NCBI GenBank assembly: GCA_950097015.1
Contig: CATNEN010000039.1
Coordinates: 10,354,001-10,418,000, forward strand
Reading direction: 5' to 3'
DNA: 64,000 bases
From: Macrostomum hystrix
Taxonomy: Eukaryota > Animalia > Platyhelminthes
Positions 50,538 through 62,000 of the stretch are shown here, piece by piece. How positions within the stretch are numbered: the stretch's first letter is position 1; the number at the start of each line of letters is the position of its first letter. Position numbers and translations under genes: made by a program. The notes below the pieces were generated by a model. The model saw only the letters and a program-made list of their open reading frames with translations, did no database searches and was not told the DNA's origin.

Positions 50538-50989
50538 CGAGAAGTCTAAGCGGTCAAACTTGTGATGCCTAACAGGTAAAACTAGCAAAATTTGAAATTT
50601 TTTTGATCGAACTGGTGAAACGAAAGTTAAATTGTTTAAAAAACTGTTTAATCCTACAGGTAAAACATTTCGTATCTACGCGCGTAGAAGATGAAAATTA
50701 GTTGTCTCAAAATGAAACTGGTATCCAGGCAAAACTAATTTGTCAAACCCACATGAGACGCCACCATGTCATCCAGTCAAGCACCTGACAGCCCCGACAG
50801 ACATCAAGTTGAATTAATTTACACCCCATAGAGAACTGCAGAAACGCTGGCAAAAGTGCAAAAACGATTTCCTGGAGTTAGTTGGTATCTAGGCAACATC
50901 TGCATGATTTATTTGACCAATCTATGATTGACTGCTGTGCCAATGGAAATTGTAGTACTGCTTCTAGTAGGAGAAAGCTGGTTCAATAA

Positions 50990-51640
50990 GTATCTGAGAG
51001 TTTACCTGTTCCCATTCTACCATGTCTGTATCTGAGAGTTTACCTGTTCCCATTCTACCATGTCTGTACTGTGAGTTTACCTGTTCCCTTCTACCATGTC
51101 TGTACCGTGAGTTTACCTGTTCCCATTCTACCATGTCTGTACCGTGAGTTCACCTGTTCCCATTCTAACTGCGAATGCCTGGATATTTTACCCGTTCCCA
51201 TTCTAACTACGAGTACCTGGATATTTTACCTGTTCCCATTCTAACTACGAGTACCTGGATATTTTACCTGTTCCCATTCTAACTACGAGTACATGGATAT
51301 TTTACCTGTTCCCATTCTAACTACGAGTACCTGGATATTTTACCTGTTCCCATTCTAACTACGAGTACATGGATATTTTACCTGTTCCCATTCTAACTAC
51401 GAGTACCTGGATATTTTACCTGTTCCCATTCTAACTACGAGTACCTGGATATTTTACCTGTTCCCATTCTAACTACGAGTACATGGATATTTTACCTGTT
51501 CCCATTCTAACTACGAGTACCTGGATATTTTACCTGTTCCCATTCTAACTACGAGTACCTGGATATTTTACCTGTTTCCATTCTAACTAAGAGTACATGG
51601 ATATTTTACCTGTTCCCATTCTAACTACGAGTACCTGGGA
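50990..51640. repeat. ~38-bp minisatellite (gagtacctggatattttacctgttcccattctaactac)n
   Basis: Tandem periodicity with two unit subtypes. Confidence 0.94.
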
Positions 51641-52349
51641 GTTACCAGCTCTAATTTTACCTGTTGATTCCGGGTACACCTGTGTCAATACATGTTCTTA
51701 AAGTAAATTCCTGGAATTTTTCTGTTAAATTGTCACCTGTTATTTGAAAAAAAGTCATCAACTAATACTGTCTATCCTGTCAAATGTTTTATAAAAACAT
51801 TGCAACGCCGAGTATGAAAATTTAAGGTAGGAAAAATTCACTCATTAAAGTTATTTGACAATTAAAACATTATATGGCCCATGCTTCACTTATCCATTAG
51901 TCGCAGTGGTTGCCAATAGTTATAAAAGTACAAATGAGAGTAAATGCCATTCCAGCCCCGAGTCCATCGGCTAGTATTAGAGATCCGAATTGTACTTTAG
52001 CAGATTCAGTGTTCATGTGCAGTCAGTGTTCTATTCCAAGAAAAAAAATATGTTGCTGAAAATATCCTTTTTCGATGCGCTGAAAACTCATTTACGAGAA
52101 CTGAATCCTCTAAACTGGATAAATGGTAGTAGTTCTCTCTTTTCTATTGCTTAAGCCTCCATCGCTGTAGCTACATGTGTTTTTTATGTAATTTTTTTGC
52201 TTAGAAGAAGCTTGACTGTAGGGGTAAAAATGTTAGTCTTCTCATACTCAATATTGAGCTTCAGTGTATGTGCTACAATTAGGGTAGTGTTTAAAAATAC
52301 ATCAGATTAATTCTGTCTGCCTCATACGCACAATAGAAACGGGTTTTAG

Positions 52350-52860
52350 AAAAGAATAGAATAGAATGGAATAGAATAGAATAGAATGGAATAGAATAGA
52401 ATAGAATAGAACAGAATAGAATAGAATGGAATAGAATAGAATAGCATAGAATAGACTAGAATAGAATAGAATAGAATGGAATAGTATAGAATATAATAGA
52501 ATAGAATAGAATAGAATAGAATAGAATAGAATAGAATAGAATGGAATAGAATAGAATATAATAGAATGGAATAGAATGGAATATAATAGAATAGAATAGA
52601 TTAGAATAGAATAGAATAGATTAGAATAGAATAGAATAGAATAGAATAGAATAGAATAGAATAGAATAGAATAGAATAGAATAGAATGGAATAGAATAGA
52701 ATAGAATATATTAGAATAGAATAGAATAGAATAGAATAGAATAGAATAGAATGGAATAGAATAGAATAGAATAGAATAGAATAGAAGAGAATGGAATGGA
52801 ATAGAATAGAATAGAATAGAATAGAATAGAATAGAATAGAACAGAATAGAATGGAAAAGA
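52350..52860. repeat. (AATAG)n microsatellite
   Basis: Direct observation. Confidence 0.98.
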
Positions 52861-53529
52861 AAGCATGTATTAGAAATCGCTATGACTAATATTTTGGCTT
52901 GATCAGTGAAATTGGATAAATTCGCGTCAGGGTGTCCACAGTGGCCTAGTTCCACCTGTTGTAGCCCTTGAAGGTCCAGCAAATCCGTCTAGATAAAGGT
53001 AGGTGACCACCGAAGACGGAGATGATGCAGGCACATTTGGGTGACATGCTGATAACTTTAATGAAGGCCGCACTGAGGCGCAGTGCTAATTCGTGTTATA
53101 GGGGTGAATGAAATACACTAGCGCTTATGGGAAATATCCGTTCTTCGGCCAGAAACATTGAATATCTCGACGGTCTAAAGAGCTGGTGAATTGACTATTG
53201 CTTCAGAAGATGCGCAACAAAATTTTGGCCCGTGTTCTTGAGTTTCGTGTGCCTGCGTTGCTCCGTTCGGGTGCAGAACAAACAATTGTCAGGGGGTGAG
53301 GGGGAAATCCTTTGCCCTTTGGTAGTTCGACTGTTAACAGCATACTCCTCTATTACTATATTTGCTATTTGCTATACAGTAAAACAACTGGCAAGTAATA
53401 TGAAACGAGAGCATATTTGCGTGAGATGCGTCGACTAACCGGAAATTCTGCGATGCCCCTTGCGTGCCTAGCGACATTAAGGCCGTGACCTTAACGACCG
53501 TTCTACGGCTCAAGCCTTGCTTCTGCTTG

Positions 53530-53720
53530 ACCAACTGGCAACAGTCCATCGACTGCATTCCCAGGGCCTACCCAATTGCCAGAGGGCGGCGCTGTTCCAG
53601 GCGGTGGTCGATACCATCCTGCTGTACAACTCCGAGACCTGGACGTTGACGGCTTGCGAGAACAGCATGTAAACATGGCACACGCCACCTTTAAGATCAA
53701 CTACAGGCGAGTCCACTAAC
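53530..53720 (+). mobile_element. Decayed non-LTR retrotransposon (RTE-like LINE) fragment from the region downstream of RT
   Basis: Translation QRAALFQAVVDTILLYNSETWTLTACE resembles the LLYG/NxETWTL motif of RTE-type ORFs; interrupted by stops. Confidence 0.65.
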
Positions 53721-54089
53721 AAAACTCGGCGCTTTGTCGAGGCTGCAGGAGTGACTCCGCATTTTCTTATCTTGACAGCGTGAATTTTAGTTTTTTTGTA
53801 AGATGGCCGTTACTCTCTTTTATATTTTCAGCAACTCATACCGATAGCGTCACCCGGCGAAGGTAAAGATAACATGACCAAATGGTGACTAACTTTTTGA
53901 CAAGTTACTCAAGAATAGTCAATGATGTAAAAAAGATACAAATTACATCTTGCCTAGATAGGCCAGATGTAAAGCCGTTAGTTGCACAACTATATAGCTA
54001 TTCCGTGGCGCTTTTTAAGTATGTCTGCTGAAGTTCAGTCCCTGGACGGGCAAGGAGTTAAGGTTTCTTAATCAAAGACACAAATGCTT

Positions 54090-54155
54090 TCGCCTGGACT
54101 GAGATTCGAAATCCTGACCTCTAGGTTAGTAGTCCAGCTACCATAGGCAGCTACA
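54090..54155 (-). pseudogene. Degenerate tRNA-like sequence or SINE head
   Basis: Minus strand reads gtagctgcctatggtagctggactactaacctagaggtcaggatttcgaatctcagtccaggc, with a T-loop-like ttcgaatc. Confidence 0.4.
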
Positions 54156-55181
54156 AGTACAGTCTCCCTCGATCTTTGCATTCCAAAGGCATTCCAAAAT
54201 ATTTCTAAGTAATAAATTTTACAAAAAACTGACGACTTACATGTTTTTTTAAGTCAAAGTACAAATTTCAAAACACACTGTTTCACGAAAGTCGACTAAT
54301 AGTGCTTCGTTTTGTTGAAAATGGTATAGGTGTAAGGTTTTTTAGGGCTTAGGTTTTATTTTGCTAAACTTATTTTAAAGTAATTTATAAACTTATATCT
54401 TGTCAGTTAGCTATAAATGCTTTTGTACTACCTTACAATACCTTACAACCTTACAATATATGTTAAGTAGCGTGAACAGATTATTGTTCATTAATTCAAA
54501 CTATCGCAATTTTTTAGTTCGTGTCAACTAAACAAAGTTTTTCTTTTGTGTACCGTTTCTTTGAGAGAGAAAGAATGATTTAAAAAAACTGCAGTTAAAA
54601 ATGCTGCTAAATTGTAAAAAGCCTATCCACATTTATTAAAATGGCCCGCTGTGAGTTTTTTTAAACTTTCGATGCCTTTCTGGAAATCCATGAAGTGGAT
54701 AATTTTATAGCTAAATGTATTCTATGTTAATGCTCCATATCTCTGAGCATCACAAATGAACTGATTATTCAGCAATCATGATTGATTCACTATATTTTTC
54801 TTATATACAACAAACTATTTTTTAATGTAAGACATTGCTAGTCGATTATTTTTAATTTATTATGTTGTAGTGTCTGATTACATCACCATAAAGACAAAGT
54901 GATGGTCTTAGCTAGGCAAAATTGTATTTTAGTATCTTCGTGATAGTAATCAAAGTCATGGATGGCAGCTTGTGTGAAACGTATTTTAAATTCAATGTTT
55001 TTTAGTGTGTATTTATGCTTTAGAGAAGTATTAAAATTAAAGTAAAAAAAATCTTGGCATTATTGGCAATTTGACTGTAAGTTACATGTGCAGTGTACTA
55101 TGGCATAGTCTGGATCTTGGAAACTGCATGCCAAGAAAAAAAATAAAAAGCAAGTGAGCACACAGAAAGTATTTATTTTGT

Positions 55182-55684
55182 GGCAGTGCTTATCCCCACG
55201 GTACTGTAGAAATAATTTTTGTCTTATTCCTACGGTACTGTGGGAATAATTTCCTGCTTATCTGCATGGATATCCGCTAGGCCCAATACATTTAAGTTAA
55301 AAATACAAGAATTTAATAAATAAAAAAATAAATTTACCTCTGATTTGGCCTAGCACCTTTTGATTCAGAAACATGTGTGCCACTATTGTAGCACACATAA
55401 ACAACTTTTTAGTACTTCAACACAACCTTTAGTGTAGTTTTTGGGACTTGGCATTAAGCACTAGAAATAATGTGTGACTCTCCTATTTTCAAGATAGATA
55501 AGATAGGACAGCTATCTCATCAGTGTGCCATGCGGATAAGCAGGAGATTATTCCCACGGAATATGTTGAAGATAGGACAGCTATCTTGTCAGTGTGCCGT
55601 CCAGATAAGCAAGAAATTATTCTCAGGGTACTGTAGGAATAAAACAACAATTATTTATATGGTACCATGGGGATAAGCACTGCA
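55182..55684. mobile_element. MITE-like element with ~85-bp imperfect terminal inverted repeats
   Basis: gcagtgcttatccccacggtac...ttattcctacggtac..gaataatttcctgcttatctg pairs with cagataagcaagaaattattc..gtactgtaggaataa...gtaccatggggataagcactgc. Confidence 0.78.
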
Positions 55685-57321
55685 TTTTTTATGCTTAAAA
55701 GGCAAAAAACTTGATTGCAAGATTTTGCAAGTTTAAAGAAGTAAAAAAGCATTGATTAATAATCAGTGAAACAAACCCTATTTTCTCTTGCCAGTGACCT
55801 TACTTCTTACTTATTGGTCATTAGTCCTACAGTGCATTGCATAATGTGCATTATGCCTACATTGAGTGCCAAATTCTGGATCATGGCATATATGCCAAAC
55901 TAAAACCTAAAACTGCCAACCCCCAACATTTTCACTAAAGTGTATGCCAAAAAAACATAAAAAACCTAAATTAAAAAAGAAAATAAACAAATGCATATTT
56001 AGAAGCAAAAATCTGTTTTATTTGTATACCAAGTGGGTAGCTAGCTGTGCTAAATATCTAGGCCTCTTCTATCTATTCATGCCAGATTAAAACAGGTTTG
56101 TATGTCAACTTGATTTACTTGTATTGAATATATGCCAAGAGCTATTGAATATCCAAATGTATACCAAACCACTTCAACATATAGCCACCTTCTGGGCATT
56201 GGTTTGAGCATTAAGTGTGTAAAGTTTGTAGAATCATTCTACTATCATTTTGTAGAACTATTGTAAGGAAAAAGTTTCCTATATATCCACTTTGGTTTAT
56301 GATCATTTCAATAGCAGAAATACATGTATCTATACATAGTGTATTATGCTTTTGTGATAAAATTTCAAGTGGTAAGAAATGAGCAAGCTCAATCGGTTCA
56401 TTTTGTTCTAATTTAGAGTATGTGTTTATAGTATAGTAATTAAAGTTGACTTGTGTGTGGCTATTATGTTATCTGGTCATTTTGCCTTGTAGCTCTTTGG
56501 TTGTCTAGCCATTTTGATATGTAACATTTTGGCCTGTAGCAATTGCATACTAACTTTGCATGCCACAAATATACACCCACATTTTGCGCATATACTTCAT
56601 GATCCAGACTATAATAGTAATAGTAATAGTTAGCAAAAATGAGTGCTAAAAGTAATATTAAAAAGACAAATTTACCAATTTTCTTATCAGACTAGAATGC
56701 TAGCTAAACAGTTTTTGTTAGCTAGAGCTATGACAGAAACAATATCAGGAATAATAAAGTTTAATGTTAACCAGTCATTTGAGCAATAAAAGTTGCCCAC
56801 AACCAGCTTAACTTAAAAATCTTAAAGTTAAATGTTATAATAAAAATATGTGTACATAAAAATTGTGATGGATGACTTTTGACTTACAAATTAGTTTATG
56901 TTGCCTTTGTGGACTTTACTAGAGAGGAGTTTTCATATAGGGTGCAGGATATGCAATTAATATGTAAATAAAACACTTCCTAGTTAGTCTACATATATAG
57001 ATCAAACAGAGAATCTCAAATGACATTTTATTACCTAAAATTAAGGACCTTTTTGTGTCTTTTACAATGTAATATAGCTTGAAGTCATAGTAAGATCTAG
57101 TATAAACAGTTTTTTGTAATTTCACAAAATTACTGATTACTCAAAATTACAGTGTAATTAAAAATGGGCTTTTCAACCCAAACCATTTATTTGATTAGTA
57201 TTAAATTAATAAACAAACCTTAGCTATGAGATACCTTAATTTTATACCTACCTATGATTTAAGTACACAAAAGATACCCATATGACAAGTTCAAAGAAAC
57301 ATTTAATAAGCTTTTAACCCT

Positions 57322-57890
57322 TACAATAATAATAATTGCAGGAGGGCTGCGGGCAGTGGCACATCATTTAGTGACACTAGACCCGCAGCCAGCGAGGAGG
57401 CAATTCTGCCCATTTTGCTGACTCCTGAGCACACGCACTCAGATACTGTACGCAGGCACACACTCACATAGGTGTGTACATCTGCCCTGACTTTCTCAGG
57501 GCAGATGTACACACCTGTGTGAGCGTATGCCTGCGTACAGTTTTAACCCTTGCTATAATTAGTTTTTTTTCAAGAGGGCTGTAGGCAAAAACTCATTATT
57601 TGTTGACATAGATCTGCAGCTAGCAAAAAGGCGATTCTGCCCATTTTGCTGTCTCCTTAGCGCACATGCACATGGTACCCAGGGTGTGTACCTCTGTTCT
57701 GTCTTTCTCATCGTCAGGCAGTGTACACTTCTACTGTGTCTTGGAGGTTGGCCCTCAATGGCATGCACTCTCTGAGCCCAAAGCCTTCTCTCTGTGGCTG
57801 CACCCCAAATGAATTTGGCCTAACTATAGAATCCAACTTAGGATCTTGGTGGAAGAAGAAAATGCATTAGACCACTCTGCCACTCATCCC
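57322..57890 (-). mobile_element. Two adjacent SINE family 1 copies on the minus strand; the left one is 5'-truncated and ends in an inverted duplication
   Basis: (aat)n tail at 57324, body matching 31719-32075, and head (gggatgagtggcagagtggtct on the minus strand) near 57890. Confidence 0.78.
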
Positions 57891-59029
57891 AAACTTTGAT
57901 ACCTAGAATTGCTAAGATAAACTGTTCAAAATGTGAATTGCTTTTTAAAAGGCTGGAAAAGTTGCACTTTGTAACTTTGCTGCATAAAAAGTTCAATTGA
58001 AAAAGAAAATTTGCAGAAGAGTATTTGTTTTTGTTTTGCTTTTTGTGAAACTAAGTAAATGCAAAGCAAAAAGTCAATTTTGTATTTTTTAATTTGCATA
58101 CATTCCTACTTAGTTATATTTAGTCAAGTAGTGAGTCGCTAAAGCAATTCTGTATTTAATCATATAATTTCATTCATTCCATTACGTCGCTTAGCACATA
58201 AAAAATTGCAGCTGAAAATTTTGCACTATTTCACGATGTCAGATTCGATAAAATGCTGTTTAAAATGACAAGCTAGAGATAAAGCGATTCGTTTTAAATA
58301 AATCCCTTAGTAGTATAAAAAGTTATCCCAGTCCCTGATGTTGATACTAGCTAGCTATTAATGCATTCTTATTTAGATAGCTCAACCTGATGTGACTAGC
58401 TAATGCTGTATGTTTATCGACTACCTATCGCATGATTGGACTCAACCTGCCTACTCTAATGCATCTCGCTCTCTCACGCTAGTCCCCATCAATCCCCTGT
58501 TCTCCTTCCTCGCCTGGTCTCATCGGTCCATTGTTTTCGCTCCAAACGCCTGCTTAACAATGCGTTCCATTCTGGGGTTTTTGTTCCTCTTGGACTGTAC
58601 ACTGGCTGTGTAGCCTGAAACTACCTGGACGAATGGGAATTATGGAAGAGTGAGAGAGGGAGAGGGAAGGAGAGAAGGGCGCCTTTTCAGCCTTGATGTT
58701 AGCACACATCAGCTGGGCTAGCCTAGCCCATCAGCAGGTTATAGCCTCAGTCAACCAGCTGATCTCGCCACAGCGGAGCTGTGAAACGACTCTTTTTATT
58801 CCTCTGTTCTCCTTCCTCGTCTCTTCTCTCCCCTCAATACCCCCCACCAGTCTGCCTGATCCAGACAGAGACAGAGAAGGAGGCAGGTTCCGGTGTCCCG
58901 GGCTCTTTCTTGTTTCCTATTTTAGCAGTTCCCGGCTAGCGTTGGCTGTGTGGCCCAATTTGACACATTATAAGTTACCACTGTGTGCCTGTGTGCTATT
59001 CTGATTATTCGATTATATATTTCAGCACG

Positions 59030-62000
59030 ATGAGTAAGCCTCGCGGCAGCTCAGTCAGCCAGCCGCTGTACATTGTGGCCTGCTACAACTGCAAGAAGAC
59101 GGTCAGCCAGCCGGAGGGCACCAGGCGCACCATCTGTCCCTATTGTGGCAGCCTGTTCGCCTCGCCAGATCAGGCCGACAACGCCGCTTCGTCGACTTCG
59201 CGTTCCTCTTCGCCGGCAGTCGCCGCTTCCGGGTCGACGTCTGGCAAGCCGCCTCCGCCCCCGCAGCAGACAGGCGCAAAGGTACAAGGCTTGCTTTTGT
59301 TATGGTTGAGGGCCCTACTAATCATAGTCTTTCAGTTTCTATTTAAACAGTCGCTCATAAGTAGCTTAAAACTGTCTGATAAAGTCCCTAAGGATCAATG
59401 CCTTAGTCTTTTATTTATCCTTCAGGACCAAACCTTTAGCCAGAGTAGTCCTTTAGCCAGAGTAGTCCTTTTGCCAGAGTAGTCTGAAGGTTAAACCTTC
59501 AGACAGGAGTAGTCCTTCAGGGCCAGACCTTCAGTCAGGAATAGTCCTTCAGGGTAAGACCTTCAGTGAGGAGTAGTCCTTCAGGGCCAGACCTTCAGTT
59601 TTCAGTCAGGAGTAGTCCTTCAGGGTTAAACCTTCAGTAAGGAGTAGTCCTTCAGGGTAAGACCTTCAGTGAGGAGTAGTCCTTCAGGGCCAGACCTTCA
59701 GTTTTCAGTCAGGAGTAGTCCTTCAGGGTTAAACCTTCAGTAAGGAGTAGTCCTTCAGGGCTAGACCTTCAATCAGGAGTAGTCCTTCAGGGCCAGACCT
59801 TCAGTTTTCAGTCAGGAGTAGTCCTTCAGGGTTAAACCTTCAGTAAGGTGTAGTCCTTCAGGGCCAGACCTTCAATCAGGAGTAGTCCTTCAGTGTAAGA
59901 CCTTCAGTCGGGATAAGACCTTCAGTCCTTCAGGGTAAGACCTTCAGTAAGGTGTAGTCCTTCAGGGCCAGACCTTCAGTCAGGAGTAGTCCGTCAGGGT
60001 TAAACCTTCAGTCAGGAATAGTCCTTCAGGGTTAAAACTTCAGTCAGGAGTAGTCCTTAAGGGCCAAGCCTTCTGAGCAATTATTCAGTTTAATGAAGCC
60101 CTTAAGGATCGCTTATTTAGTGTGGCCTATCATTTATTCTAGTGAAATTCTTCAGGCTAAAAATTCTGTCAGATGTGTCTGATCTGGTACTAAAACCAAT
60201 GAAGTTTGTCTTTAGTTTATAGTTTGTTTAGTCCTTTTAAAACCACAAATACTATAATCCTATCGTCAGCAAAGTCATCCGCGGCCGCCTTCGGGTTCTT
60301 CAACAAATTCGGCCTCGTCCTCGTCCAAGCGGCTTCAGCTGGCTAAGCAGTCTAGCGGTGACAGCGGCGACGGCGCCGACTCGTCTCGCCGACCTCGCAG
60401 CGGCAGCGGCAGCGGCAACAAACTTCTAAATTTCTTCTCAAATTTAGGCAAGTCGCGCGACAGCAAAAAGTCTGGCGGCGGTAGAAGGAAGCTGCTGAGC
60501 AAAGACGAGCAGAACCTGCCGCCGTTGAGCCAGTCGCCCAGCTTAACCGGACGCGTAGGCGGCGCCTCCGGTGTCGTCGCCATGCTGAGCCCGATCGCTC
60601 CGGCTAGCATTGGCGGCGGTGGCGGACTCTACAAAGCTCAGAGTGTCACTTCACTTCTAGCACCTCCTGGCCATTATCAGCAACAGCAGCAGCAGCATCA
60701 GGCGCCTTTGCCGTCTCCTCGGCAGGATTATCCTCAGCCGCAGCTCACCCAATCACTGCTAGCCGAACTAACTGACCAATCGCGACGCACCGGCGATTGG
60801 TCCCGGCTTAGCGACTTGTTTGAGCAGGCATTCTCCTCGCCAAAGGAGTTGGTGGCCGTTTTTAGGTTTGTGCCTAATGTGTCATATTTTCCGCTCTATC
60901 CGATGAAACAACTCCCAGAATCACAAAGCATCGGCATCGTCGAGATATTCAACGATTCTCGTCGGAGTATCTGGTGGCTAGGGCCACAAATATAGGGGAA
61001 AGTAGCGTGATTTTTTTCTCCCTATGAATAATCAATCCCTCAGATCGGCCCAGCGCGATCCCGATCCGAGTCGCGACGCCTCCGGCCTAGACCAGGCGTT
61101 TGTTGAGGCGGCCTACTCGACCCTGAAAGAGATGCCCTACGATATGCAGAAGAAAGTGCTCAAGGCTAACATCTCGGTGCTGTTGGAGAAACGGCATACT
61201 ATGGGCGGCGGCGGCGGCGGTGGCTGCGGTTCCTCTTCGAAGGACGACGTTCGCGCTCTATTTGTAATCCTGCAGAATCCTCTGCTAGAGAAGGTGAGCA
61301 CATTTGTACTATTCGCTCACCTGTTGCGCTGCGTGGCCGCCCTGGGCGACTTTGATCATCACTGCCTGGTGAACTGGCTGGCCAAGCTAGACAAGGCTCC
61401 ATTTGAAGCTTTGCTCCGTCGCATTCAGTACTTCATCTCCGTGCGATTGTTCCCGCCTCAAACTGAGGATCTGCCGCCGTTAGATAAGGCCAGATGGTGG
61501 GTGCCAAACGCTATCAAAGTGCTGGCCCTGCTCAATGCCGCTAATAATCAGTGCTCACCGCGACCTAAGGTGCACTACACTGAATTCTACAACCACACCA
61601 TAGACAGCTTGGACCTTCTGGCTGGTGAGCTGGGTCACGTTAGACATTTTGATGGGATCTGTCAGCCCTTTGAGTATTTTAATTAGTGTCTTCTGCCTCT
61701 TTGAGTATTTTAATTAGTGTCTTCTGCCTCTTTGAGTATTTTAATTAGTGTCTTCTGCCTCTTTGAGTATTTTAACTAGTGTATTCTGCCTCTTTGAGTA
61801 TTTTAATTAGTGTCTTCTGCCTCTTTGAGTATTTTAATTAGTGTCTTCTGCCTCTTTGAGTATTTTAATTAGTGTCTTCTGCCTCTTTGAGTATTTCAAT
61901 TAGTGTCTTCTACCTCTTTGAGTATTTTTAACTAGTGTCTTCTACCTCTTTGAGTATTTCAATTAGTGTCTTCTGCCCCTTTGAGTATTTTAATTGGTTT

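Noticed and set aside
54160-58400. Coding potential in the long AT-rich stretch
   Set aside because: Only short ORFs without motifs; it appears to be intergenic or intronic DNA with repeat insertions.
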